Source of the DNA: Styela clava
Taxonomy: Eukaryota
Direction: 5' to 3'
DNA length: 64,000 nt
Assembly (NCBI RefSeq): GCF_964204865.1
Contig: NC_135251.1
Location: 23,684,001 to 23,748,000, forward strand
A program made the translations under genes and the position numbers. The notes below the pieces were generated by a model. That model saw only the letters and a program-made list of their open reading frames with translations, did no database searches and had not been told where the DNA came from. Of this stretch, positions 1-13,930 are shown piece after piece; position 1 is the first letter of the stretch, and each line of letters begins with the position of its first letter.

Positions 1-175
1 TTTCATAAACATGTGTGGGTGTGTATAATTTCTGCTTAGGTTGTGTGTAAAAAACTTCGTTTACCTAATCAAATCAAACAGTGGCAAATAACTGCCAGAC
101 GTCTATCATATACCCTAGTCATTATGCATTGCGGTTTGGATGTCAAACCTGGTCGTTCCATGAGAGGGAGATTTA

Positions 176-810
176 TTACCACTCCCATAACCAATAGCGT
201 TGCAAATTAGATTGGGGTGATCTTGCCCAAGAGGGCTGTAAAACTGAATAATGGCTTTCCATTGGCCGCATCCATGTATGCCTAGTTAAGTAGTCGAAAA
301 CTAGCCCTGAACAACAATCACCTGATTTTGTCAACTTCACACCCCACCCATTCAGAATACTTTTTCGCAATGACTGTTGGACTTTTCACTACGATAACAT
401 TACTTAGCAGAAAATAACACAAACCAGTCCCAATGGTATCCTGATATCAACCCTCAATATTAGACAACTAATGCAAGAAGCATAATTTGAAATCCGCAAA
501 GCAAATATTGTCTGTAGGCAAACCCATACAAAACTGGCAATACAGCCAATATAAAGCATTCAAATCAATCCAATCAAACATTATTTTTATTCATGAAATA
601 TCTTCATATTTTACAGTGGGTAACACACACCAACAATGAATGTGCAAAACGCTAGGCATGGCACAAGAACATTAACATTTGGATTGAATATACATATGTC
701 TTTGAAACCTATTGACATGAAATACAGACTCAGAATACTACAGATGAAGTTTTTGTTCTTCCAATACGATACTGAAGCAGTTGCCACCACAAGGACAGTG
801 TATCGTTATC
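176..810 (-). pseudogene. Decayed intronless class A GPCR-like pseudogene (about TM3-TM6)
   Basis: One minus frame with 7 in-frame stops reads ...VPCLAFCTFIVGVCYPL*NMKIFHE*K*CLIGLI*MLYIGCIASFVWVC...RIPLGLVCVIFC*VMLS**KVQQSLRKS...KLTKS...GLVFDYL. This resembles TM3-end (LAFDRFxAVCYPL), TM4 (TGA at the conserved Trp position) and TM5 (IPL...FCY, TAA at Tyr). Confidence 0.5.
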
Positions 811-1332
811 TTTGCATTCTACATTGCGCATTTTGAGGCAGTTGTGATCGGCAGCAAAAATTTACTCCGTTTGAAGATTATCAGAACTCAGAAAAGATCA
901 ATAACTTGAACACTTGAAATGCTCGAAATATCATCACTGACATCAATGTCGATTTCCTAAATCATAAAGAAGGATATGTTTAGTAAAAAAGTGATGATCT
1001 ACTAATCGAGAAACATATAACATGTGCCTGCTTATCCAAAACCTGAGGCTGACTCAAAAATATTCTTCATTCTTAAGATGTTGTGAGTTTCCCTTACCAC
1101 ACAATATCAATGATGTTGAGTGCAAATTTGAACTTGGTATGAAGAAATGAAAATTTTATATTTAATGGTTTGATAAAAGCTTAATGAAATACAAGTTGAA
1201 ATATATTAAAACAACACACCAGAATCGGAAAACTGTAGTTAAACACTATTTTGGATTGTAAAATTTGTTTCGTGGGCATGATAAGATAAGGACATCACAT
1301 TAACAGCATCATCTATAATACAGACATAATAT

Positions 1333-4300
1333 TCATAATACAATCCATTTTATATATACCACTTCATCATCATTCGGGTCAGAGTCATCGGAATAAACTT
1401 CATCCAAAATCACAAGATCATCTAATTCAGATTCGTCAAACTCTTCAGTGACATTCTGAAATGTCATAAATATTCAAATATCAAGTTATTCAGCTTTTCC
1501 TATTTCGGTCTCTATATTAATAATCAGTTCCAGCCAATTGGAACGATTAATTAAATAGTTGTTGGTAAATACAAACCTGAACCCTTGCACAATATAATAA
1601 AAAATTATGTTGGTTGTGCCTATATATAATGTATACCATATTCACATTTAAAACAAAGCTTGGCCACATGGCAGGCCGGTTAGAATTACCAGATTAATAA
1701 AAACATTTTGATGTCCCACTCCACACCCAAATTATATTAATAATTAGTAGAATATTAACCTTATTTTCCTCTGTTTGCGTAGATGGTCTTATTTTGCTGG
1801 ATAAACCTTCTGTCCAAACTCCGACAATCATCATCACAGCCATCTGCTTTGTGCTGCGATCATCTTTCTTAAGAAGTTCACAATGAACTTCAAGAACTAA
1901 TTTAATGCTCGTATCATCTGAAATTAAGAATAGTGATTCATTTGTTTGAAATTCACAAAATGGAGTGGATTACTTGCCAAAATCTTGATTTAAAAAGAGC
2001 ATGAAGGGTCGTGTAAAATATTCCATAATGGTAGATCTCGTCTTCCAACCATAAAATGAACACCACACAAATCAAGAGCAAAACTTTTAGCAACAGACAA
2101 AATTAACTACCATAACACCCAAAAAGGACTAAGCAAAAAAATTATTAACTGATGAAACCATCCTAAAAAACAAACTATGATAGTTTCCCCAGTTACAGAC
2201 CAGATAACCAATTTAGATATAATATGATTTATAAAATCTTTCACTACTACGAACCTGGAATTTCATACAGTGGGTTGCGATCTTTTTCCTTTAACCATAA
2301 AGATATTTTTTCTTCAAGGTTTTTAGCAGGTTCGTAATCACTAAGTAAATAGTGTTTATCTGAACTAGGCAACCCTTTTGTTTCCAGAATCTGTAAATGC
2401 CATATTCATTTATAAGTATATATAAAATCAAGGTAAAAGTAGATCACAATGGTCCGAATATTAAGACAGAGAATAATGAATTTATTTGTTGGGGTTATCG
2501 AGAGTGAGGTTGCTAGATCAGAGATGGCCAAAATTTTAGAATGTGGAAAATCAAATATATTGTATATAGTTTTCAATAGAAAATTTACACAAATCATTGT
2601 AAATGCATAAAAGGTGAGATAATCATTTTTTCAAAGGTATTCGACTCGTTTTGGTTTTCCTCGGGTTAGCTTTCACTATCAATGCAAAATAACATAGTGT
2701 AGCTAGCTATATTTGGTGATCTAGGATTGCCAAAAAAATCAAGATCCTGAATTCAGAAAGGAAGTTGGGTCTGATCTAAAAAATTAGCAACTATAAATTT
2801 TAAATTGCAATGTATGGAATTCACTTACCATATACATTCTCTCACACCATGTCCAAAGCTTTATCAAATAGTGTGATTCTCCTTGAAACTGAGGAAACAT
2901 GTTTTCTGCATATAACCTAACATGTCTAATACTTCCAGCAAATTGCTCCCTATATTTAACCTTCGGTTGTAGGTAGTCATAACAAAGGTTGAAAACCGTT
3001 TTCTGCAATTGAAAAAAATTATCTAATTAAAGGTAATCAAGCAACCCTCCTACACATGCCTTCGTGAAATTTGAACCTGTGAATGTTGCATAGGATGTTG
3101 GTAGTAGCAAGCACTTGAGACTTACACCATGCGCCAAGATAAAATATCGAATGCTAAGGTAAAATTCATTTTAAAATTATGAAATGGGAATATCTAGCAC
3201 TTTGTTGCTATATATGTATCTCTCTATTCCTTCATAATTTTTTTTATTATTAAACTGTAATTTTAGTTTGAAAACCAGTTTTTCTTTTCTGTTGTATTTG
3301 TCAATAGCAAATTTTCAAAAAGGACCCGGAGATTCACAAACCTGAAAAAGTATGAAGGTTTTTGTATCAACGCCAAAACAAGGCTTTTCTAAATTTACTC
3401 TTCGAAGTCTTCGATTATATTCATCCTAAAAAAAAAACCAAGCATATTAGTTTGAAAAAGTAGGGGAAAATTGCCTTTCAGTAAGTTTCCATTCAAAAGG
3501 ATACAGCGAAAAAAAGCTAAACAAAATTGGTCCAGAAGTACAAAATCAGTTTATCGGATGAAAAATGAAACAAATAGGCAAGTGGAAAAATTGAAAAAGC
3601 CTTCATATACTTCGGATTAATTACCAAAAGGGTATTGATATGATATAACCCACAGTCCAAAACATTGGCCAAATATAAAAAATGAAAAAGATACAACATG
3701 TCAGAGGGCAGTCCTATGGGGCAATGTCAAGCATATCAAAAAAGCTTACCAGTATGTCTTTGCTTGGCTTGTCGAACAAACTCCAGATGCAATAAATAGC
3801 TTGATCACTATTGAAACAAGCAGTTTTATAAGCTTTGTCAAATGTTTGTAAGATGTCCCTTGCCACACCAAGTATCTTTGTTTTTCTATATTTGTCAAAG
3901 TTATATAATATATTCAAGTTTTTCTGAATTACAGTTTTTTCCACTTGTTGCTGTAAAACAAAGAGTTATAGAGTCCTTCAAACCATGAAACTTAATGATC
4001 AAGTGGATCATAGAGATAGAGAATTCTTTATATCAGTACTAATTAGTAACAATCGAATTACCTGTATATCTGAGATTTCAATGATGAAATAATTTCATTT
4101 TTCAAGGATGTAACTTTAAGTCATTGTTACTTAAATAAATGATGATACCTGCTTCATTTAGGGTATTCACAAATATATTTATAACATGTAATTAGAAAAT
4201 GTTTTCGTAGAATTGTTAACTTATATAAAAACTTATTTTGACGAGCACATAGATATAAACATCAAAAACGATCGCGACTTGATTAGACAGAATACCAAAC

Positions 4301-7300
4301 TTATTTAGTGCTATAGAAGTTGCAGCCATTATTTTTGACATGATAACTTATAAAACCAAATATCATTATGCCACTATGAATATTATACTAATTCCACGTT
4401 AAAGCGGAAAATGTAGGTGCAATAACAAAAATGACCATCAATGTCATAAGATTAAAATTTTATCAAATAATAGTTGTATTAGAGAAGCACATCATATATA
4501 GATAAAGCTTGTTTTCAACACCTTCCCATAAAAAAACTCCAGACAATAAACCACTACTAATATATACAGCCACTTTGTTTTTAAATAGGTCAAAATCATT
4601 TCTTTCAGCATGGTTTACCAAATTTAATATTTAGTCAACCAAAATAAAACAGTCAAACATTAATGATAAAAAATAAATCTTCGTTATGGACGTCACAAAA
4701 AGGAAGCAATATGACCCGGTGACCATGTGAGTTTACCAATCAACATTGCGGGACCACACAATGAAAACTAGTATAGTTAACTGAACTTGTGTGGAAAAAG
4801 GAATTTTACCAAAACATAGACGCGACGACAAACGACATAAAGAAATATATTCTGTATTACCTTAAATACTGGTAATAATTTCTCCTGTTTGGGAGTAAAA
4901 ACTGGACGGGACTTCGGCACTTCAATATAATCCTTCTTTTGGTAAGTAATTGTAGAATTATCGCTTGTCGTACTCTCGAAGGACCGAATACGTGATTTAT
5001 TCCACGATGACGACGGGTTTTCAGAACTTGACCGGTGAGAGGCTGTTGGCTTGTTCGCTAATTGAATAGGTACAGTAGTCTTGTTTTCTCCAGAATGATG
5101 ATTGCTATTTTTGTTGTCTCTGGGACGATCATTTTCTCTATCGGTTTGCTTCACAGTTCTCTTAACAGTTTCCATCTTATCATTATTGACCGTCTTATCA
5201 GTGGGGCCAGCTGATTGTTGTTGATTAACCTTCTGCTGTGTTGGGCGAGACTTTTCGGCGATTGTAGTTTTGACAGAAGAATCTATTTGTTGGGGCTCGT
5301 GAGTGGGCTTCTTTTTGTCTGGGGGGTTGGGTTTTATGGGCTGTTTGATCTTTTGACTTTGAGTTGATACACCTGAAGTGCTTCTCGTCATTCTTTTTTG
5401 TTCATTCTTTGTATTCACATCTATGGTATTGGAAGAATTTTTTTGTGGTTTTACATTCTTTTTTTCAATATTTTTGTTGTTGGTTGAAACCTCTTTCGAG
5501 CAGTTTTTATCGAATACTTTTTCCACAGAAGGTGCACTTGCCTTCTTTTTATCATTGCTTTTGTTTGAAGTACTTAAATTTTTGTCATCAGTAATTTTAC
5601 GATCGAAAGTGTCTTTCTGTGACTTGCCTCTAAAGCTATCAGCAGGTTGATTTGAATTAGATGTTTGGGTAATGGTAATCTTAACAGATTTTATTGAAGT
5701 ACTTTTATATCCTGATCCATCAAAACCCGATTCCTGGCTTTTCTTCGAAGTGTTTTTCTGCAGTGGAAGTGGATCTTCATCTTCTGCGACCGATTTCTAT
5801 GACAAAATTGAATTCAAGAAAAAATTATATACCTTTCTTACCTTTTGCAAATTTTGAAGCTTTTGAAGCGTGTTTCGATATTGAACATTCTCATCATAAT
5901 TTGCATGACATGAATATATTAGGTAATCGATCAACACAAGCGTTTTGAACAATTTTCTTCAAATAATTACATGACGCAGACTGATAATATACCGTAAAGA
6001 TGCAAAGCAATACCTTGCTGATATTCTTGGCAATATTACTCACAGCAATTTTGGGATTAAATAGTAACAAAGATTTTACCTTATAAAAGCCAGTGCCAGA
6101 AGATTTTTTGTCAATGAAAAAGAATTCATTTGCTTTCTTATCTGATGCATTCGATTTAGGTATGGAAGGCGTCAAAGGAGGTTCTTTTACGATAACAGGT
6201 TCTTTTTCACTTTGTGGAGCCAGCATTGAAGAACACTTTTTATTGAGATTTTCACAAGAATCAGCATCACTGTGTGATTGCATCCGGTCTGGACTCTTCC
6301 CTAAAGACTCAGCTAATACAGATGTTGGACCACTTGTGTCACCTTTATTCAATGCTATGAATTTGAGTATTTGTTTAGCAGGGTCGCCTCTTGGAATATA
6401 AGAGAGAGCTCTTCTATTGCCCTTGGTGACACACTCCAAGTAAAGAATAGGATCACACAATCCAGTTTTAGTGGCGTATTCATCATTTTGCAGCATATGT
6501 TGCAAAGTGTGTAGAAACCAATGTTCATATTCTTCAAGCCAATTACCTTTGTTCATTTTCTTAATAACAGGTTGAATTGAATCTGGTTTTCTTTTTATCT
6601 GCGTCAGATCATTGGAATTACTTTCTTCCTCTGAAGTGACAATTCTTTGTTGACTTCTAGTTTCTCTCACAACAGATCTTTTCGTCGAGGGCAGATCTTT
6701 TGTTTGTGCCGAATCACCGCCTCTCTTTCTTACATATTTTTGGTGATCTTTTTTAGATTCGGGAAAACTTTTTTCTCTACTTGCAGATTGTTCGTTAGTT
6801 CTAAAATCTGGTGAACGTTTGTTACGATGTGCTTCTTTATCATGTTCATCTTTCCAATTTTCTTCATCGACATGACGAACTTGTCGTTCTTGTTGAACAG
6901 CGTCCTTGCTTCTTTCTCTACTTGCAGATCGTCCGTCAGTTCTAAAATCTGGTGAACGTTTGTTACGATGTGATTCTTTATCATGTTCATCTTTCCAATT
7001 TTCATTATCAACATGACGAACTTGTCGTTCTTGTTGAACAGCGTCCTTGCTTCTTTCTCTACTTGCAGATCGTCCTTCAGTTCTAAAATCTGGTGAACGT
7101 TTGCTACGATGTGCTTCTTTATCATGTTCATCTTTCCAATTTTCATTATTGACATGACGAACTCGTCGTTCTTGTTGAACAGCGTCCTTGCTTCTTTCTC
7201 CACTTGCAGATCGTCCGTCAGTTCTAAAATCTGGTGAACCTTTGTTACGATGTGCTTCTTTATCATGTTCATCTTCCAAATGTTCCTTATCGACATGACG

Positions 7301-10148
7301 AACTTGTCGTTCTCGTTGAACAGCGTTCTTACCTCCGACTGGTGGATTACTTTCTCTACTTGATGGCCTGCTAGAATCTCTATACTTTGTAAATTTTGTA
7401 TCATATTTTTTATTCCTAGAGTCAAAATCACCCTCAATAAATGGTACAACCGAATCACCTCTTGATGGTGACTCAAGATTCATGTCCATCAAAGGCTGAA
7501 TAGACTTTTGCTTAGTTTCATCGTGACACACATATCTTTCTTTGCTCATCGCTCTGTATTGCAAGTTCGTTACATGATTTTTTCTGTCATAATTTCTTCC
7601 AATTTTCTCTGATGACATATTACTTGAAGTCGACCGTGTTTCACTTGGTGGCTTATCCGTTACAGAGCGTGATTGAAATATTCTTGCATCTTCCATTGGC
7701 AATGGCATTACAGATGTATCGATGGATGGAACAGGTAGAACATCAGCCAAACGTTCCCGATTATGGACAGAATAATCACGATTTTTAGAAGCATGAACCT
7801 CATCACCCAGTCTTTTAGACAAATTTTGGAAATTCTTGAAATTCGGACGATTCAATTTTCTTTTTTTGAATCCACCAAATTCAACGTTTTCCTCAAATCT
7901 TTCTGTGTGAGAGGTATGTTCATTGGCAGGGATAAATTTACTTTCCTTTTCATTGGTTTCAACAAAACTTTCATGTCTTCGAGAACGTGATGTTTTCAAA
8001 ATGTCATGTGACGAGTGCCTTTTTGTAGGTCGACGCTGAAATACTGGAATGGAATGTCCTTCATCACTGTCATCTGAATGCTTGTCACTGGCTTCATGAC
8101 TTTTGAGAAATGGGAAGCTGGCATCTGCACCTTCCATAGTAGGTTTTGGATCAATAGAATAGGAGTGTGTTGGTTTTGGCAATCGACCAGTCACCGTGGA
8201 CTTTTTCAACAATCTATCCCGATTCGAGGGAAGCGGTGGTGGAGGAGGTGGCGAATAACGTGAAGGTGAATATGTTCGGGGAGAATTTCTCACAACGATG
8301 CGAGAATTTGAGATGGGATCTTGTTCCTTCTTTTTGCTGCAAGTGGTAAATATATTTAACAATGGCTTTTTAAATGAAAGACAATGCTTTCTTGCATCTC
8401 AACAAAAATTGACTGATGACTTGATGCATTGCTAAAAGGCGTTGCAATTTTGGGTATTGAACAAATTTTCATCTCTGTTATCTATCACCAGCCATTTGAA
8501 ATTTGAGTTAGCATTAGCAGAGATAAGAATGAAGCATATTTGAAAAACTCTATTATTACGTCGATTGAATATGATAATTTGAATTTAACTTCAATTTATG
8601 TCAAATTTATGTAGTTATGTTAACTTTTTATTTCCCTGACTACACAGTCCACAAAAACACATACCTGCCAATCTTTTCTTTAGTCTTATCAAATAAAACT
8701 TTACGTGTGTCATTGAAGCTCCCCCTATAATAGGTTGTCTGAGGTTGGTGGCTGCTCCCACAGACTTTCAATACATTATCTGATGAAACATTTTGTCTGT
8801 TAAAGTCTTTCTGGAATTTTTTCAAATCCGGTTTTATTCTAAGTGGTTGTTCAGCGGTCATCGATCCCACAGAGTTGTCCAAATCTTCAGTTGTTCTGGA
8901 AGAACTACGTCTTTGACGATATGATGTTGTCAATACGGTGATAGGAAAACCTTCCTGGGTCTCCCGATTTGCAGAGTTATCTCGAACAGGTATAAAGTCA
9001 TTAGAGCTATCATTGGTCTGCGGCTGAGATACATAGTTGGATGAATTAGGACCCCTAGTCTTTTTTTCGGCAAAGTAAAGTTTGTCTTGTACGGAGTCGA
9101 AATGCTGACGTGTGGGAGAGGGATTTTGCAATTTTTTGGAATATTTTTTCTTGTAGTCCTCGTATGTCATTTTAACTGGCTCACGAGAACGAGATCTAGA
9201 AGTTTGGCGGCTAGGTTTTTTGTAATGAAATTTACTTCCTGAATCATTCAAATAAGGCTTTTCTTCATGGGACGACATTGACTGGTTGCTCAGAGGGAGA
9301 CTCGGACTCCGCAATCTGTTGCTATCTCCGTGACCATAATCAAATACTTCTGCAGGCTGAGCTTGAGAATGTTTTGATGGTTGAATCTTGGGATTAAGCT
9401 TTTCCCATTTGGCAAGATATTCCATGGGTCTGATCAACGCATTATATAATTCATTGTAATTTCTCAAATCAACATTTTCACTCTGCGTTTCTAGATTCAT
9501 TCTGCTCTTTTGCTCTGAAAATAATTCAGGGTTTTTAATATTTTTAACAATATCAGAATTATCATATGAACTCCCCATATGATAAGGCCTCAGATTATCT
9601 TGCTTGCCAATGTAATCATCTCCTAGACGCGAAGATGTCGAAGCATATTGCAAATCATTGTTTTGAGTTTTCACCTCAATCTGTGTAGGTTTTTTGTGAA
9701 GCATTTCTTTAGCAGCCATATCATAAGCCAAAGGAATAGTATCTTTTTCTTCCCCTTCATCAAGGTATTCACCAACCCAACAATGATCTGGTATATCAGG
9801 ACTACTTGGGGCCGGAATAGGTGTAGATGTTGAAGAAATATTAACTTCAATTGGCTTATTTGAATCGGATAGATCATCCAAATCCATTGATCCATCAGAT
9901 TCTATAGGAACTCCATCCAATTCTGGATCATACTTTGGACTTTTGGGGATGTGTCTATTATTCGTCTGTCTTGATGAGAATTTGTATTCATTATTGTCGG
10001 GTTTTCTCCATGATGAGTTATACGAAGAAGACTTAGTAGAATTATTATAACCGCAAGAACGTCTGCTTCCTCGTCGTGATGCATGTCTTCTGCTGCTATG
10101 AGGTTGATCTTTGGACCGGTTATAGTGCCATTTGCCTCTGTGACTCAT
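1333..10148 (-). CDS. Large uncharacterised, mostly disordered Ser/Arg/Lys-rich protein (~1850 aa), about 9 coding exons
   Basis: Phase-compatible GT-AG exons: 10148-8665, 8336-6080, 5796-4861, 3950-3750, 3425-3342, 3002-2829, 2390-2255, 1917-1760, 1455-1333. The first three match the long ORFs. A possible extra small exon ends at 5842, and the last exon/stop is tentative. Confidence 0.8.
3055..3137 (-). mobile_element. Degenerate tRNA-SINE head fragment in an intron
   Basis: Minus strand reads TGGCGCATGG (A-box-like) ... CAGGTTCAAA (B-box-like), similar to the head of the SINE copy at 34975. Confidence 0.35.
6775..7330 (-). repeat. Coding tandem repeat, 141 bp (47 aa) x ~4
   Basis: TTCTAAAATCTGGTGAAC recurs at about 6799, 6940, 7081 and 7222. 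Peptide unit DAVQQERQVRHVDxENWKDEHDKEAHRNKRSPDFRTDGRSASRERSK. Confidence 0.95.
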
Positions 10149-11599
10149 TCTGATAATATTAATTATTAACTATTAAATTAAGTTGCAATCCTGTTTTGGA
10201 GAAAACTAACAGATATGAGAAGAAATGACAAAGTGCATGCACCAAAAACCTTGAGCAGATTGTCATAGTAGTAACATTGGCTTTCTGTGTTCGCAATTCA
10301 AGTAACATCAAGTCACCTCCTGAATATGAAGATATAGGTCATGTCAACACCATCACGTTAATAAAGCCAAGCTGCATTTATTTCATAATATAAAATTTAA
10401 TATTCTTTCACGATCCATATTCTGATCATATAATAATATGTACCACATAGTAGAAAACATCATTGATACCCAAATTTTCACAAGTCACAAACATTTCCAC
10501 ATCTCTGACATGGAAAAAATATGGATAATAAAATAATGCCATTCAATAGGATGATTCAGCCATTTCAATTTAAATGCAATACATGAACAATCTGATGTGG
10601 GCTATGGAAAAATACTTTATATTCAGCTGACTTAATCTTGAATCAACAATTGATATTGTTCATAAAACGCAAATTATATAAAGTAAGAACATAGAATAAA
10701 AACAGGCAACTATATCAGTTACTTTGCTGTCATATAAAATCAAAATAATATCAGAATCCAGTGGAATAACATAAGAGAACATGCTTCAACTTAATATTTC
10801 GTAGAACTTCTGAAAAACACCAGGTATGCATTGTAGAAACACATGGTTAATCAATATAAACATTATGCACTCTTAGCATCACCCTGGAAGGGATTATTCA
10901 GCTTCCATGTTTACAGTAGTTCAATCTTTCAGTCATTCAATTCTTGTGTTAAGCTTCTGCTGAATGTCAAGTTGAAATAGTCTTGAGAGAGTCAAAATAT
11001 TCCTACTTGAAAAAAGCATAAGTACTCCAGCCATAGCTGAACATTATAAGCTATTAATAAATTTTATGGTAAAAAAGTTGAATAGAAAGTCACAAAATCC
11101 TTTCCATTTTTTAAAATCGTCAGATCCGGAAATACCTTGGTTTTCTTAGAATTGCATGGCATGACGATGACTGTCCAATCATCACAACATGTTTACTGTA
11201 GTAGCGCAGATTTCTATCTTTTTTGGTACCATTTGCTGGATGATGTCATATTCCGTCAAATTTGAATGAAAAAGCTATATCCATCAGACTTTTTCAAGAA
11301 TGTTATAAAAATACTCAGACTTAAAAACCCTAAAATTTGTTTTAAATTTTCCTTTTTACAGTGTTCAGACATTTCAGAACATGATATTCATGGCAATATT
11401 ATGATAGCCTATATAAATAAATTACGCTCTGTTTTTGTTCAGAATAGTAACTGATAACAACATTACAGAAATCCATCTGGATTCAGCTCAAAATATTGTC
11501 ACATATTAGGCATAAAAAAATGAATGTTGAGTGCAATATGAAATGGAGATCGCTCTGAAAAATCAATACACTTGATGGAGTCCGCCACTTCAATTGTAC

Positions 11600-12590
11600 T
11601 GTGATAGGCTTGTGCCCAATTGTTTACGCTTGACTGATCCAGACCAGACATCTGTTGATGGGACGTTAATAGTGTACAACCATGAAGCACCACATCTGAT
11701 ACTGTACCAATGTTCAGGATGGCAAATCAGAAACGGGTATTGAATACCATCTCTTATCAGGTATCTTCTACATTTCAATCTCGATTGGTATGATTCCCAG
11801 ACAAGAATGAGTTGTCGGGTTTCACAATTTGTACGCAATTTTGTAGATAGGATAAGATTTACATATTCATCCCGTAGTAGAAAAAGCCGATTAGACGACT
11901 GAATCATATGGCAGAATGTGGTCTCTTGTCTGATTACCAGTCCATGTCGGGTATGGGAGTGGTTTGCCAGTTATTTGTTTCAGATGCATGGACCAGACAT
12001 GATTTTTAAAGAGGGTTGGAGAAAGATCTACTGCAATCATTGTAAACTAACATCTTGGTCAGATGCGATTTGAATAAATTATGATCTCTTCAAATTTAAA
12101 CCTCGCCTTCAAGTACAATTAAGCATTTATTGGGGTCACCCACAAAACCAAGAAGCCAGACACAAATCTTCACAACATTGTTTGTCAATATATAAATAAG
12201 TACATGTCAACATAAGGAAAAAAACCGGTAATAGATACCTATCTCCACGCATCTTTTGAATGGCAATATTTTCTATTGACATGTAAATACAGGTAGCAGG
12301 GTTCACTGGTGTTTTATGCATAAAAAGATGCAGGATTAGGTAAGGGTTACCGTAATTAAACCATCGAATCCCACTTAAACATCGACAGTTGGATACATTC
12401 TCTTCAATTCTTTCTCCTCTCAATGCCATAAAAAATTTACATTTGGTAGTACAATCCAAAATAGTAGAAATTTGTTTGTTAAGGAGGATAAACAGAAGGT
12501 CTTTGCATTTACCGTCACGTCACGTCATTTCCTATCTTACATCCCATCATGGAATACTCAGCACTCCATATCACCACTAGTCAAGAATTC
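11600..12590 (-). pseudogene. Possible second, heavily decayed GPCR-like remnant
   Basis: Pieces in different minus frames fall in GPCR order: SSLTNKFLLFW (TM2-like), TCIYMSIENIAIQKMRGDRYLL (TM3/DRY), NVVKICVWLLGFV (TM4), LIGFFYY...CVQIVK (TM5). Many stops and frameshifts. Confidence 0.3.
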
Positions 12591-13386
12591 TTCGAATAAA
12601 AGTTATCTCCTTGGATGAGAGTGAATTATCCCATTCGTCATCATATGCACGACTGTGATATGAGAGTCAGTGTTCGCCATGCTTCTATTTGAGATGAAGT
12701 TAGAGATGGAGCCGGAATCATTTTCCAAACTTCCAGAAGTCAAAGTCAATACAAGAATTTTTAATTTTTATAAGTCTGGAACCAGAGTCGAAATTTCACT
12801 TTCTATGGTGGTAATAGAAGTTAAAATTCTTGACAGAAATTCACAGAGGTTTATTGTTTCATAAAACAGTCCTCACAAGGACAACAACATAAATACACAA
12901 CGACATGCATATTCAGTATTGACTGGATAAGATGACTGTGTATGAAAGGTAAATATTGAAAAATTGACTATATTACAGTATAAAATAATATTATCAGTTT
13001 CAGCTATTTGATGTTTAGAGTGTCATATTGATAATGCGGAAGTGGATTAAAGTGCACAGAAATTTATTTAACCAGGCCATGTACCGTACCAGTAACTGAC
13101 CCTGAATTCTGGAATTATACTAAAATTAAGAGCTATTGTTCAACAAAGTTTCATATAATAACTTTTGAATGGACTGTGTCTACAATGTAATATCACCAGA
13201 ATGTTTGCATAGTATATGGTACCTCAGTACCGGTACCTAGTAAATGAAGTTGTATGAACGATTTATCATTTTTTCAATTGTGATTGCTTGAGTAAAGAAG
13301 AAAATTATAATCTAATACCTGTAGCTAGAACAAACATGGATACCCATATAGCATAAACTGTAAAAGTCTGAAAATGTACATTTTAT

Positions 13387-13930
13387 GGACCCTACTAAAA
13401 AGGTAGGTATCATAGGTATCACTCCATAAAAAGAGACTAAAAGAGTACCGGTAGGTATCAGTAGTAAATGACTAAAAAGGTAGGTATCAGTAGTAAATAA
13501 CTAAAAAGGTACCGTAGGTATCAGTAGTAAATGACTAAAAAGGTAGGTATCAGTAGTAAATGACTAAAAAGGTAGGTATCAGTAGTAAATGACTAAAAAG
13601 GTAGGTATCAGTATCAGTTCGAAGACTAGCCAAGGGCCTCCCGTAGTATTTATACCTAAAATTATGGCCTAACCCTAACCTAGTACACATATTACATTCC
13701 GATGTCCGCCATCTTGGTTCGCATACTTCGGGAGCCCCCTTTTTAGTCATCTACTACTGATACCTACCTTTTTAGTTATTTACTACTGATACCTACCTTT
13801 TTAGTCATCTACTACTGATACCTACCTTTTTAGTTATTTACTACTGATACCTACATTTTTAGTCATTTACTACTGATACCTACCTTTTTAGTGAGTGATA
13901 CCTATGATACCTACCTTTTTAGTGGGGCCC
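13387..13930. mobile_element. Foldback-type non-autonomous DNA transposon with modular TIRs built of 29-bp subrepeats
   Basis: Left arm has tandem ACTAAAAAGGTAGGTATCAGTAGTAAATG units and the right arm has their reverse complement. Termini are GGACCCTACT / AGTGGGGCCC. Flanks CATTTTAT / CATTTATG are an imperfect TSD. The core (~13617-13737) is homologous to the MITE at 59061. Confidence 0.85.

Noticed and set aside
6730-7476. 248-aa alternative-frame repeat ORF
   Set aside because: A by-product of the 141-bp repeat lacking stops in a second frame.
13455-13615. 29-bp direct repeats resembling a CRISPR array
   Set aside because: No unique spacers, the repeats are mirrored as an inverted arm, the context is eukaryotic and there are no cas genes.
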